This document shows, in pieces, positions 16,529 to 24,269 of a stretch of DNA of 42,156 bases. The position numbers and the translations under genes are program-made. The stretch spans positions 1 through 42,156 of the IMG/VR virus record IMGVR_UViG_3300020352_000002, one strand, 5' to 3'. Origin of the DNA: a virus (taxonomy: Duplodnaviria > Caudoviricetes). The notes beneath the pieces are model-generated. The model was not told the DNA's origin and searched no databases. It saw only the letters and a list, made by a program, of their open reading frames with translations. Position 1 is the first letter of the stretch, and each line of letters starts with the position of its first letter.

Positions 16529-18193
16529 TTAGGCGAAAAAATAGTCACTCTGTAACACTTCATTTAAGTTAAGGTCTCCTTTCTCAGGTGGTGGTGGAAT
16601 AACCACATCACTCGGTAATGTAGTTACTGCGTCTTCGTAGATATTGAGAAGTACGTCATTGTCTTGATAGAGTCTGACAAAAGCTTCTCGTAACCTCTTG
16701 TTTAATAACGGCATATTGGTACTGTGTGTAGCGTAAGAGTCATGCACCATTGCAAAGTCAATTATACCATCCTTGAGACACTCATGTACAGTCAACGTCA
16801 AAGCTGCTGCATCGAGTGAGTGTACAAAGTTAGGGCTTGCTCCTGATAAAACCTTACGTCTGTCTATGGTGTCCATAATAGCCTCGTTGTAACTTAGCTG
16901 AATGATTGACCCACTGATATGAGACTTCACTCTCCTCTTCCTATTCTCTTTGTAGTCTTGCCTGACAACTAGGTTGGTTGGCGTAGTCCAAGAGAATATA
17001 AAACCATTCTCAACATACAGCTTAGCTATCTCCTTGATGTAATTCATGGCACTGAAAGCTGAGACAATAACTTCACCTATTGCTTGCCACACAAAACCTG
17101 ACAGATAACACGATGCCTCAAACAGGTCATCATACCATGGGTTATCACCCTTGCATTTATCTTCTAAGGCTTCCTTGATGTATTCTCGACAAGCGTGACG
17201 TGTACCACTGTACGGCACAATCATCACTGACCGCTTGGTGAGCTTTCGGCATATGCCTATGTCTAGTAACTGTTTAGCCATGACATCTGTCTGTTGCTCT
17301 AGCAGTTTGGTTGTCCTTGCTGCAACATCAGCATAAATATCCTGAGGCTCATTACTAGGCGTTAGGTTCACAGCTCGACCCCCTTCAGAGTCCCTGAGCA
17401 TCGCTGAGAGGTGTTGTAATCCGTTACAGCTGCCATCACTAGCACAAGGCAAACGTGTCTCAAACGGCTCTCCAAAGCCTCTCAGGCGTACATCGTTATA
17501 CTCTGCCCACTCAGCACACCATGCTAGTGCCTGCCAAGGTTTGTCTGCCTCTTGCCACCACTTACATTCATAAGGGTTATTATAAACATTGACAGCATTT
17601 TCTATATTCATGTACGCCCACATCTCACGCTCTTCTAGGCTAACCTTGTCCACTCCGAACACGTTAGCTCCGTGTATGGCCAGCCATTGTGCATCACCAT
17701 CGTGAAGTATGGTAGCTGGGCGAGAGAACTCTAGTAGTGCTTTAGAGTAATCAGCATTCTGTGGTGATAGGAACGACTCAACAGGGTACTTACGGCCTCT
17801 AAAGTCGCACTGCCATACGAACCAGAAGTTGTCCATAGTAGCGTATTCTTCTGCAAGCTGTAATGTACGCTCGACCTGAATACGCTTAGATAAGTTCTTG
17901 GCATTCTCAGTGTAGATAGCATTACGTAAAGTTTTAAATTCCTTAAACTCTTTGGTTTGTTCTTCATTAAGGTGACGAGGCTCGACACTAAAAGGATAGT
18001 TAGGTAATTCTTGGTTATCCCTTGAAGGTAAACCTTCCCACTTCTCACCGCTCTCCCAAGCAGTGCGTAGTGTTTCCAAAACAAACTTGTTCACTCTCCA
18101 TGGTGTACGTTGCAGTGCGTTAACACATTCGTACTCAAGGGAGTTATCACGATTGTTGTGATCATCGACAAATTGTTTTAAGTCTTCTCTCAT
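16529..18193 (-). CDS. T7-type RNA polymerase, catalytic portion (thumb/palm/fingers)
   Basis: DFRGR, motif A DGSCNGLQH, motif B RKLTKRSVMIVPY, PNFVHSLDA, motif C VHDS, C-terminal YFFA. Confidence 0.96.
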   Translation of the reverse strand: MREDLKQFVDDHNNRDNSLEYECVNALQRTPWRVNKFVLETLRTAWESGEKWEGLPSRDNQELPNYPFSVEPRHLNEEQTKEFKEFKTLRNAIYTENAKNLSKRIQVERTLQLAEEYATMDNFWFVWQCDFRGRKYPVESFLSPQNADYSKALLEFSRPATILHDGDAQWLAIHGANVFGVDKVSLEEREMWAYMNIENAVNVYNNPYECKWWQEADKPWQALAWCAEWAEYNDVRLRGFGEPFETRLPCASDGSCNGLQHLSAMLRDSEGGRAVNLTPSNEPQDIYADVAARTTKLLEQQTDVMAKQLLDIGICRKLTKRSVMIVPYSGTRHACREYIKEALEDKCKGDNPWYDDLFEASCYLSGFVWQAIGEVIVSAFSAMNYIKEIAKLYVENGFIFSWTTPTNLVVRQDYKENRKRRVKSHISGSIIQLSYNEAIMDTIDRRKVLSGASPNFVHSLDAAALTLTVHECLKDGIIDFAMVHDSYATHSTNMPLLNKRLREAFVRLYQDNDVLLNIYEDAVTTLPSDVVIPPPPEKGDLNLNEVLQSDYFFA

Positions 18194-18972
18194 AGTCCGT
18201 GTATCCTCATAAAAGGTTTCTTGTTGATATGTTCAGAGTAGTAACCACCACCATAAAAGGAATCCCAATCCTTAGGCTCGATAATACAAGGAGAATAACG
18301 TGGTAGATTATTCATGTTAGCGTTGTTAAATGCCTCAATCCAATCGAGAGTCTCAGCGGTTGGGTCGAGGTATGCTACTGACTTATTCCTATTAAATTTT
18401 TTCCTTATTTTAACGATACCTGTGTGCTCAATGATAAGGTTAATCATAAACAAACCAACCTTCATACGATCAGTCTTAGACCACTCGTCTATCTCAATGC
18501 CGTCTACTTTCATCTTATGGTTAAGACCATGACGCTTGTGATCAAAACCTTTATCCGATTTCTTATTAGCCAGCTTGATAACATTTCGTGCTACCTCAGG
18601 GTCTTCTACTATCCATTTGTCTAGCTTGTCTTGGGTCTCTATCTGTTTACCTACATAGAGAGCTACAGCAACTAACCTACTAACAGAGGCAACATGGTCT
18701 ACCACTGATAGTAAAGATAAGAAGCAAGCCGATGCTGGGTTAACTCCATTGATTAACTTATGCACCCTATCGTTCTTACCTCTTGGTTTCTTCAACGCTT
18801 CAATTAAAGCATCAGTCAAAGGTTCGCATACCCCTGATATTATCCTCCTACCGTGTTTAGTTTTAGACTCTAAGTTCTTAGCTTGTAAATCATCTTTCTG
18901 TTTTAGGTATCTATCCATACCTGACTGAACCATTCTATTTTCTAGCTCAATCTGTTCCTCTAGTGTAGCCAT
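18190..18972 (-). CDS. T7-type RNA polymerase, N-terminal domain portion
   Basis: QIELENRM..G..R start, WSKTDRMKVG, PCIIEPKDW...GGGY; ATGA overlap with the catalytic ORF. Confidence 0.9.
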   Translation of the reverse strand: MATLEEQIELENRMVQSGMDRYLKQKDDLQAKNLESKTKHGRRIISGVCEPLTDALIEALKKPRGKNDRVHKLINGVNPASACFLSLLSVVDHVASVSRLVAVALYVGKQIETQDKLDKWIVEDPEVARNVIKLANKKSDKGFDHKRHGLNHKMKVDGIEIDEWSKTDRMKVGLFMINLIIEHTGIVKIRKKFNRNKSVAYLDPTAETLDWIEAFNNANMNNLPRYSPCIIEPKDWDSFYGGGYYSEHINKKPFMRIHGL

Positions 18973-18974
18973 GT

Positions 18975-19163
18975 CTAACCCTCGTTTTGGGACATAAAAT
19001 ATTTCTCATACAAAGCATCCTCATCTAAATAATCAGGTATGCTCGATGGCCTATTTATCTGTATCTTAGCAAGAACATCAGCATACCTTCTGTTGTAATC
19101 GGCAATAGCCGCATCAGGTATAACTATCTTACTGCTCATCGTACCACTGCTCCTCTCTGGCAT
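18975..19163 (-). CDS. Early hypothetical protein
   Basis: ORF in the tightly packed early array. Confidence 0.55.
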   Translation of the reverse strand: MPERSSGTMSSKIVIPDAAIADYNRRYADVLAKIQINRPSSIPDYLDEDALYEKYFMSQNEG

Positions 19164-19314
19164 CGTCAGGGTCTTTCAAGTTAGTAAATGACATACCAGT
19201 GCAGTTGCCCTCAAGGTCAGCTAAGAATTCCAAAGCCTCTTGATAGTCACTGAAATCATTTTCATGGTAGCCGTTAGTGTTACTCCACGAGATTAGATAT
19301 CTATTCATCTTCAA
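19129..19314 (-). CDS. Early acidic hypothetical protein
   Basis: ORF overlapping neighbours. Confidence 0.6.
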   Translation of the reverse strand: MKMNRYLISWSNTNGYHENDFSDYQEALEFLADLEGNCTGMSFTNLKDPDDAREEQWYDEQ

Positions 19315-19597
19315 ATCTCTCCAGACTCAAGTAAGTTGTTTGTTCGTCAGCTAATAACTGACCATGTAAATTATGTGCTGCATCTATTGTACCAACCAAT
19401 GACTCGTAGTCACGCTCTGTACCATCGTCAAGCCTCTTGCCCCATCTAATCATAATCAAATGTTCAGACTCTTCAAACTTCTTGTACGGTTTATCATCAT
19501 ACGTAGAACCGTCAGGATTAACCCATAAACCATCACCAAGATACTTAGGCTCACCCTGCACACCTCCAACATTGTCATAGAACTCTGTATCACTCAT
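19301..19597 (-). CDS. Early hypothetical protein (MSDTEFY...)
   Basis: Likely ATG at 19597 after GGGGTG; overlaps upstream stop. Confidence 0.6.
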   Translation of the reverse strand: MSDTEFYDNVGGVQGEPKYLGDGLWVNPDGSTYDDKPYKKFEESEHLIMIRWGKRLDDGTERDYESLVGTIDAAHNLHGQLLADEQTTYLSLERFEDE

Positions 19598-19736
19598 CGT
19601 CATCACCCCAATACACGTCATTAAAATCACGCAGTGTCTTCAACACCTGAGCGTATGTAAAGCCCCTACTGATAGCATCAGCACCAAAGGCTATCTCAAA
19701 CACTTCCTCAATGAACTCCTCACTACTCATCTTCAT
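19590..19736 (-). CDS. Small acidic early protein (48 aa)
   Basis: Not in ORF track; MKMSSEEFIEEVFEIAFG...; overlaps both neighbours. Confidence 0.55.
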   Translation of the reverse strand: MKMSSEEFIEEVFEIAFGADAISRGFTYAQVLKTLRDFNDVYWGDDDE

Positions 19737-19866
19737 TGTCCTCATCAACCATTAAGATTATCTCAAAGCCACCATCAAGTCTTTCAAACTTCCACTGCCA
19801 ATCTTCGCCATAATGTTTACTCAATACATTATCTAGGTCATCTAAAAAAGTTAAGTCACCTTTCAT
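19723..19866 (-). CDS. Small acidic early protein (47 aa)
   Basis: Not in ORF track; MKGDLTFLDDLDNVL...; ATGA overlap with the upstream gene. Confidence 0.55.
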   Translation of the reverse strand: MKGDLTFLDDLDNVLSKHYGEDWQWKFERLDGGFEIILMVDEDNEDE

Positions 19867-20054
19867 CGCTTCCACCCCACTGTCTTACCTTCGCACTGAG
19901 CGAACCAAAAGTTAATATCATCAGCAATCTGCTGGGCTGTAGCGTCACCATCTACAATCTCAATGTCACTAGGCTTGACCTTAACAGACCAGTAGAACTC
20001 TTTGCTGTCCCTGTAGGTAGTGATGTCACCACCATCCATATAATACTGGAGCAT
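19863..20054 (-). CDS. Early hypothetical protein
   Basis: GGAGG SD; TAATG coupling. Confidence 0.65.
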   Translation of the reverse strand: MLQYYMDGGDITTYRDSKEFYWSVKVKPSDIEIVDGDATAQQIADDINFWFAQCEGKTVGWKR

Positions 20055-20200
20055 TATACAACCTCCACTTCATAAGGTAATTCATCATCCATCATCAGCT
20101 CTATCAGATGTTGATGTAAAGATAGTTTAAGCTCTACACCGTCTTCCATAAACTCGTCTTTATCAAATGGTATTCTAATTACTATTTCACCCTTTCCCAT
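20054..20200 (-). CDS. Small acidic early protein (48 aa)
   Basis: Not in ORF track; MGKGEIVIRIPFDK...; TAATG coupling at both ends, GGAG SD. Confidence 0.6.
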   Translation of the reverse strand: MGKGEIVIRIPFDKDEFMEDGVELKLSLHQHLIELMMDDELPYEVEVV

Positions 20201-20490
20201 TAGTTAAACTCCACGTTTTGTTCAAAGACATCATCGGTAGCATTGTAGTATGCGTGTTCGCCTGTAGCATGGTTGTACATATACAGGTACTCCTTGTCAG
20301 CCCATGTGAATGGTGTCTCTAAGCCACCGCAAGCTGGTCGCCATGCGTAGTCGTTAGTGTAGATGTTATGAATGTCCATAGTCGTCTCCGTATTAATTGG
20401 TTGAGCACCCTTCTGACAAAAGATGCGGTTATAGTTTGTATTGTACTTCTCGGCATTGGTTGGCCGCCTTGCGCTACCCTTGCCCATCAC
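20200..20490 (-). CDS. Early hypothetical protein (possible internal start MDIHN)
   Basis: AAGGAG SD; second GGAG-ATG inside. Confidence 0.6.
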   Translation of the reverse strand: MMGKGSARRPTNAEKYNTNYNRIFCQKGAQPINTETTMDIHNIYTNDYAWRPACGGLETPFTWADKEYLYMYNHATGEHAYYNATDDVFEQNVEFN

Positions 20491-20602
20491 GAATCTCCTT
20501 CTTAACCTGACCCCTAGCTTTCTGTCTATCCTTAGCTTTGAGTCTTTTCTTTAAGCGTTTCTCCCATGCACGACTAAGACAGTTTACTTTTTCCTTAGTC
20601 AT
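20474..20602 (-). CDS. Small basic early protein (42 aa)
   Basis: Not in ORF track; MTKEKVNCLSRAWEKRLKKR...; ATGA overlap, AAGGAGG SD. Confidence 0.55.
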   Translation of the reverse strand: MTKEKVNCLSRAWEKRLKKRLKAKDRQKARGQVKKEIRDGQG

Positions 20603-20823
20603 ATGCCCTCCTTAATACGCTTGAGACTAAAGATGTCTAGCTTGCCACCTGCAACAGGGTTGAGTGTATCAGCCTCAGGCTTTCCTTTAATGTTCATCTT
20701 AATCGGATAAACAGTAACGCACAGCTCGCCATGCTCATTAGGAAATATATTTAACTCATAATCAGTGTCGCCCATGTAAACAACAGACCACTCATCAAAC
20801 TCAAGCTCATGTAACTTATCCAT
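20599..20823 (-). CDS. Early hypothetical protein
   Basis: GGGGAG SD; overlaps neighbours. Confidence 0.65.
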   Translation of the reverse strand: MDKLHELEFDEWSVVYMGDTDYELNIFPNEHGELCVTVYPIKMNIKGKPEADTLNPVAGGKLDIFSLKRIKEGI

Positions 20824-21016
20824 CGACTTTCTCCCCAGCAGGTGCGTTCTCTAACAACCACTCCAAATTATAATGCTCTTCACCCACAGCAAACATAGGA
20901 TTACCAAGACTTGATACCCATATCTCATGTATCTTATGACCATTGATGGTATCACCCACACTAACATAGTTATTAAGTATGTGTTCTGAATCTTGAAACC
21001 TTTTTACTTCTCGCAT
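20816..21016 (-). CDS. Early hypothetical protein (MREVKRF...)
   Basis: GAGGA SD before ATG at 21016; the longer ORF-track version runs through a terminator. Confidence 0.65.
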   Translation of the reverse strand: MREVKRFQDSEHILNNYVSVGDTINGHKIHEIWVSSLGNPMFAVGEEHYNLEWLLENAPAGEKVDG

Positions 21017-21036
21017 GACAATATCCTCTAGTTTAG

Positions 21037-21065
21037 AAAAAGAGAGGGCAGGATAACCTACCCTC
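21037..21065 (-). terminator. Early intrinsic terminator
   Basis: GAGGGTAGG-TTAT-CCTGCCCTC-TCTTTTT. Confidence 0.65.
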
Positions 21066-21072
21066 GAATGCC

Positions 21073-21085
21073 CCGAACGGTTCGG
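21073..21085. repeat. Palindrome CCGAACGGTTCGG
   Basis: Direct reading; 4 nt after a stop codon. Confidence 0.85.
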
Positions 21086-21089
21086 AGAG

Positions 21090-21509
21090 TTACTTAGCAA
21101 CAACATCTCGGTTCTGAATGTCCCACATATAACGACCACCTACGTTCTCACGAGCGATAGTTAAGAACCCACGATGGTGTGAGGTGTAGGTAGTACCGTC
21201 AATGTTAGCATTGGGTCGACTAACAGCCTTGCGAGCCGTCACGATATACATATCGTTAAGGAACTGATACTTAGACTTACGCAAGCCAGACTTACGAGCA
21301 AGGAAGAAGCGATGGTTAAGCTTACCCACCCTACGATACACACCCTTACCAGTTACAGGGTTGACCTTGTAAGAGCCGTCAACATTACACAGACGAACCT
21401 TCTTAGTGTCATAGCGAACATCAAAGCCAAACATCGGTGCAACAGATGCGATTGAACGAACTAACGCCTTAGACATAAGACGTGACTTACCTATTGTTGA
21501 TAACAACAT
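21090..21509 (-). CDS. Basic early hypothetical protein
   Basis: 139-aa ORF with AGGAG SD. Confidence 0.7.
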   Translation of the reverse strand: MLLSTIGKSRLMSKALVRSIASVAPMFGFDVRYDTKKVRLCNVDGSYKVNPVTGKGVYRRVGKLNHRFFLARKSGLRKSKYQFLNDMYIVTARKAVSRPNANIDGTTYTSHHRGFLTIARENVGGRYMWDIQNRDVVAK

Positions 21510-21538
21510 AATACTTCTCCTGAAGTGTAGTTAGTACG

Positions 21539-22150
21539 TTAGTGTAGTAAATATGAGTAATGGACTTCGCTCACATGAGACCCATTATCCCATCGTTTGG
21601 ACTTTGTTGCAAGGTGGTCACACCAATCATCCCACAATTCCTCAGTACCGTACTCATGGCACACCCGAATGTAGTCACGGAGCTTGCGTAAGTTAGTTGC
21701 TTTTGCCTTGTCACCTTTAGGATTCTTAGCAAGTGTCAACGTCTTAGCGTCAAGACCCAACCGCCTGATGTTGTGTACGTCCATACACCCAACCAGACCA
21801 CCTATTAGCTGACAACAGAACCCTGCCTTTGGCAGACCGAGGCCATCAATGCGTAGAAATACCTGCATCAATGCCTCTGCCTTGTCGTCATCTAATCTAT
21901 CGCTGACAAGAATGTCCATAGTGTCAGCATAAATTTGTTCCATGTTATTTTCTAAATATGCGTAGAGCTTACCCTTACTGCCCCACAAGAACTTAGACTT
22001 AGCACCCTGAGCGACAACAGATGCCATCTGCTCACCTACTCCTAACCAGTTCTGCTGGATAGATAAGGATACCATGGTAATAACCAAGCCCATCTTGTAA
22101 GGGCTAGACTGTGCGAATTGCTGTACTTTTGTTGCATCACGTTGATACAT
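21539..22150 (-). CDS. HhH-GPD superfamily DNA glycosylase-like protein
   Basis: FLRIDGLGLPKAGF...VGCMDVHNIR matches a helix-hairpin-helix plus downstream Asp-x-His. Confidence 0.6.
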   Translation of the reverse strand: MYQRDATKVQQFAQSSPYKMGLVITMVSLSIQQNWLGVGEQMASVVAQGAKSKFLWGSKGKLYAYLENNMEQIYADTMDILVSDRLDDDKAEALMQVFLRIDGLGLPKAGFCCQLIGGLVGCMDVHNIRRLGLDAKTLTLAKNPKGDKAKATNLRKLRDYIRVCHEYGTEELWDDWCDHLATKSKRWDNGSHVSEVHYSYLLH

Positions 22151-22161
22151 AATAAACTCCC

Positions 22162-22174
22162 CCGAACGGTTCGG
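22162..22174. repeat. Palindrome CCGAACGGTTCGG abutting the SD
   Basis: Direct reading. Confidence 0.85.
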
Positions 22175-22180
22175 TGATAA

Positions 22181-22627
22181 TTAATAGTTGTACTTCTCTG
22201 CTAAATGGTCACGACTCGATGACTGATAGTCATTATATTGCTGTTTGGTTAGCTGTGTCCAGCGTTGGAAACCCTCGGCATATTCACGTTGCTTGTGCAT
22301 ATACTTAATAGCCGCCCACCCATTTTTAAACTTAAGGCTCTGCCATACCTCATGGTGATCGCAGTCCATCTCGTTTAACTCAAAGTAAACAGGAAAAGGA
22401 TTGTACTTAATCTTAGCTTCAAAGAACCAATCGTCTAAGTCCCACCACATACGCTGTAGCTTTGCCTTACTCATCAGACGATTACCAATATGTACAGTCC
22501 AGCCAATATTTCCTGAGCTGGTATGAACTTTAGTGTAGCCCATGTAACCGCCAAACAATTCGACATAATCCACGTTAGTAAATAGACGTGCCTTTAGGTA
22601 CTTAGTGTTTATGAATATCTTTTTCAT
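22181..22627 (-). CDS. Early hypothetical protein (MKKIFINT...)
   Basis: GAGGATTTCAAAAATG start context. Confidence 0.7.
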   Translation of the reverse strand: MKKIFINTKYLKARLFTNVDYVELFGGYMGYTKVHTSSGNIGWTVHIGNRLMSKAKLQRMWWDLDDWFFEAKIKYNPFPVYFELNEMDCDHHEVWQSLKFKNGWAAIKYMHKQREYAEGFQRWTQLTKQQYNDYQSSSRDHLAEKYNY

Positions 22628-22644
22628 TTTTGAAATCCTCAATG

Positions 22645-22821
22645 TTAGTCTAATCTTCTACCAATGATGTGCTGAATGATTGCTTTAGCAAAACGATATT
22701 CTTCACCCATCTCTTCATCATAAGCTTTAACTTCATCAAGATAAGCTTCTCTTTTTTTATCATATTGCAGTAAAGCGAATACGGTTTCAACTAAAGATGC
22801 CTCTAGTTTTTTACTTGCCAT
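22645..22821 (-). CDS. Small early protein (58 aa, MASKKLEASLVETVF...)
   Basis: Not in ORF track; GAGGATTTCAAAATG start context; first gene after promoter P2. Confidence 0.7.
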   Translation of the reverse strand: MASKKLEASLVETVFALLQYDKKREAYLDEVKAYDEEMGEEYRFAKAIIQHIIGRRLD

Positions 22822-22843
22822 TTTGAAATCCTCTTGAATGTCC

Positions 22844-22856
22844 CCGAACGGTTCGG
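22844..22856. repeat. Palindrome CCGAACGGTTCGG
   Basis: Direct reading; shares extended flanks with the 21073 copy. Confidence 0.85.
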
Positions 22857-22911
22857 AGAGTTGATAAAGTTGTTGGTCAGTACAAAGTATGTATTTCCCC
22901 CAACAGACTGA

Positions 22912-22940
22912 ATGATCTCATAGTCTAGCCCCTGAGTCAA
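22912..22940 (-). promoter_or_regulatory. Host sigma70-type early promoter P2
   Basis: TTGACT-17 nt-GATCAT with TGn extension. Confidence 0.6.
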
Positions 22941-23090
22941 GCCCCCCTGAAAACGGTTCGTACCGCCAGCCACTACAAAACCATGCCAGCCAACACAAGC
23001 CGCCAGCCACGACAAATACTATGGACATACTATGGACAAAACCCCCCGACCTGCCCGACCGACCGAGAGCAGCACTTCCCCCTCCCCTCC

Positions 23091-23103
23091 CCGAACCGTT
23101 CGG
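23091..23103. repeat. Palindrome CCGAACCGTTCGG
   Basis: Direct reading. Confidence 0.85.
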
Positions 23104-23121
23104 AGTACTTTTCTCTAGGCG

Positions 23122-23152
23122 AAAAAAAACCCCCGACCGAAGCCGAGGGTTT
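23122..23152 (-). terminator. Intrinsic terminator closing the first early operon
   Basis: CCCTCGGC-TTCG-GTCGGGGG followed by 8 T. Confidence 0.85.
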
Positions 23153-23168
23153 CTTGGGTGTTGCTGTT

Positions 23169-23354
23169 TTATTTTAAAACGTGCAATCCGTCTAATAGGT
23201 TCGCTTGCCTCTTAATAAAATGTCTTACTTGTTTCATTGTCCGACATTCAACAACCGAACCAGTAAGGTTTGGTGCATCGCTGGTGACATGGTAGACCAT
23301 ATTGATCACGTTGCCTTGTCGATCCCGTTTTGCAATATAAGTATATTTTTTCAT
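23169..23354 (-). CDS. Small basic early protein
   Basis: GGGAG SD; between the H1-like gene and the terminator. Confidence 0.7.
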   Translation of the reverse strand: MKKYTYIAKRDRQGNVINMVYHVTSDAPNLTGSVVECRTMKQVRHFIKRQANLLDGLHVLK

Positions 23355-23356
23355 TC

Positions 23357-24124
23357 TTACTTACTCCCTTTTTTAGTGGCTGTTTTCTTTTTAGCTGGAG
23401 CTTTTCGTTTAGCTGGAGCTTTTCGTTTAGCTGGAGCTTTTTTCTTAGCTGGAGCTTTTCGTTTAGCTGGAGCTGGAGTTGCTGGAGCGGTTAGCGTTTC
23501 CATAATCGCAAGCTTATTAGCTGGAGCATTTTGCAAAGCCCTTTCAGCGTTAGCGTTATCGATGGCGGTTTTCTTTGCCGCTTTCATTACCTTAACAACC
23601 GTTTTAAATAATGCCGAATCGCTTTGCTTTAAAGTTTCCAGCTCCTTAGTAATCGCATCGATCTCAGGATCAGCGCTTGCCGCTAATTTAATTTCCGAAA
23701 CCTTGCTAGCTTTTTTGGGGCTAGTGTTTGACCCTTTATTTATAGGGTTTTTTCTAGGCTTATATTTTAATCTCAATTCACTAGCCGATAATTTACAATC
23801 TTTGTTCAGCGCTTTCGCTTCAATATGTTTTTTAATTGGTGCGACCATGTTTTCTAATACTACATAGCGTTTATCGTTAAGCCCTCGCATCCCGTAAACG
23901 CTTTTCGTTTTCTTACCAGTAAGGTCTAGTACTAGCGCTTCAATCAATGCATCGAACTGTTTAACGGTCGTTATCTTATTATCAATACAAGCGCTTTTTA
24001 AAATAGAATAAACACTTTCTTCAACTGTTAAACCTTTCTTTGCAAAATTATCACTAGCCGTCTTGTAAGTGTTCAATTCTTTTTTAACGTCCTTAATGAT
24101 GCTATTTAAAATTGTCTTTTTCAT
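23357..24124 (-). CDS. Histone H1-like basic protein with PAK(R/K)KA repeats; probable first gene (255 aa)
   Basis: AAAGGA SD before ATG at 24124; C-terminal APAKRK/APAKKK repeats. Confidence 0.75.
   Translation of the reverse strand: MKKTILNSIIKDVKKELNTYKTASDNFAKKGLTVEESVYSILKSACIDNKITTVKQFDALIEALVLDLTGKKTKSVYGMRGLNDKRYVVLENMVAPIKKHIEAKALNKDCKLSASELRLKYKPRKNPINKGSNTSPKKASKVSEIKLAASADPEIDAITKELETLKQSDSALFKTVVKVMKAAKKTAIDNANAERALQNAPANKLAIMETLTAPATPAPAKRKAPAKKKAPAKRKAPAKRKAPAKKKTATKKGSK
23388..23473. repeat. 18-nt tandem repeat TTAGCTGGAGCTTTT(CGT/TTC), about 5 units
   Basis: Direct reading; encodes the H1-like tail. Confidence 0.85.
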
Positions 24125-24139
24125 TTTGAGATCCTTTGC

Positions 24140-24152
24140 CCGAACGGTTCGG
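24140..24152. repeat. Palindrome CCGAACGGTTCGG just upstream of the SD of the first gene
   Basis: Direct reading; extends to CCCGAACGGTTCGGG. Confidence 0.85.
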
Positions 24153-24231
24153 GTCATCTTTGGGGCTACTGTATAAATCCCCATACTGTATAAACGTACA
24201 GCTCGTCTGGTGGATTTTCCACCAATTGAAG

Positions 24232-24260
24232 ATGATACCACCGTTTACCCTTAAGGTCAA
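24232..24260 (-). promoter_or_regulatory. Strong host sigma70-type early promoter P1
   Basis: TTGACC-17 nt-TATCAT with TGn extended -10. Confidence 0.8.
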
Positions 24261-24269
24261 CAGTCTGCC

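Noticed and set aside
22803-23015. 70-aa minus-strand ORF
   Set aside because: Runs across promoter P2 and a palindrome; the 58-aa ORF at 22821 has a much better SD
23205-23867. 220-aa plus-strand ORF with LAGAFR repeats
   Set aside because: Antisense shadow of the H1-like gene
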